Below, piece by piece: positions 23,259-23,366 of a stretch of 23,366 nt of DNA. The DNA is from Mesotaenium endlicherianum (taxonomy: Eukaryota), in contig WELA01003638.1 of NCBI GenBank assembly GCA_009602735.1, positions 262,925 through 286,290 on the forward strand. Reading direction: 5' to 3'. Numbering within the stretch: the first letter of the stretch is position 1; the number at the start of each line of letters is the position of its first letter. The notes below the pieces were generated by a model, which worked only from the letters and a program-made list of their open reading frames with translations, ran no database searches and was not told where the DNA came from. A program made the translations under genes and the position numbers.

Positions 23259-23366
23259 GTCAGCACGCCAGCCGCCTCCCGCCTCCCGCGCTCTGCCGTC
23301 ACCACTCTGCATTCCGCGCGTTTTGCATTCTTGAGCTCGTTTTCTCTTATTTTTTTTGGGGGGGGG

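Overview
Eukaryotic nuclear DNA from a green plant lineage. Land-plant-like proteins, many GT-AG introns and compact intergenic spacers suggest a streptophyte alga (inference). Five spliced or intronless protein genes can be reconstructed by hand: SRP54 (- strand, 8 visible exons plus one probably hidden in an N gap), eIF4E (+, 5 exons), a PLPP6/LPP-beta-type PAP2 lipid/polyisoprenoid phosphate phosphatase (-), a plastid-type geranylgeranyl diphosphate synthase (+, 6 exons) and the 5' part of eIF3 subunit L (+). They form two head-to-head pairs, SRP54/eIF4E and phosphatase/GGPPS. The most interesting observations are three. (1) A GGPP synthase is divergently paired with an enzyme type that dephosphorylates GGPP/FPP, a possible make/break isoprenoid module. 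(2) An RNA hairpin in the last GGPPS intron hides a stop-generating cryptic AG and brings the pyrimidine tract next to the real AG. (3) Some SRP54 introns have G-rich acceptors complementary to their C-rich 5' ends. No rRNA, tRNA, CRISPR array or recognisable transposon was found. Most ORFs in the supplied track are intronic or antisense artefacts.
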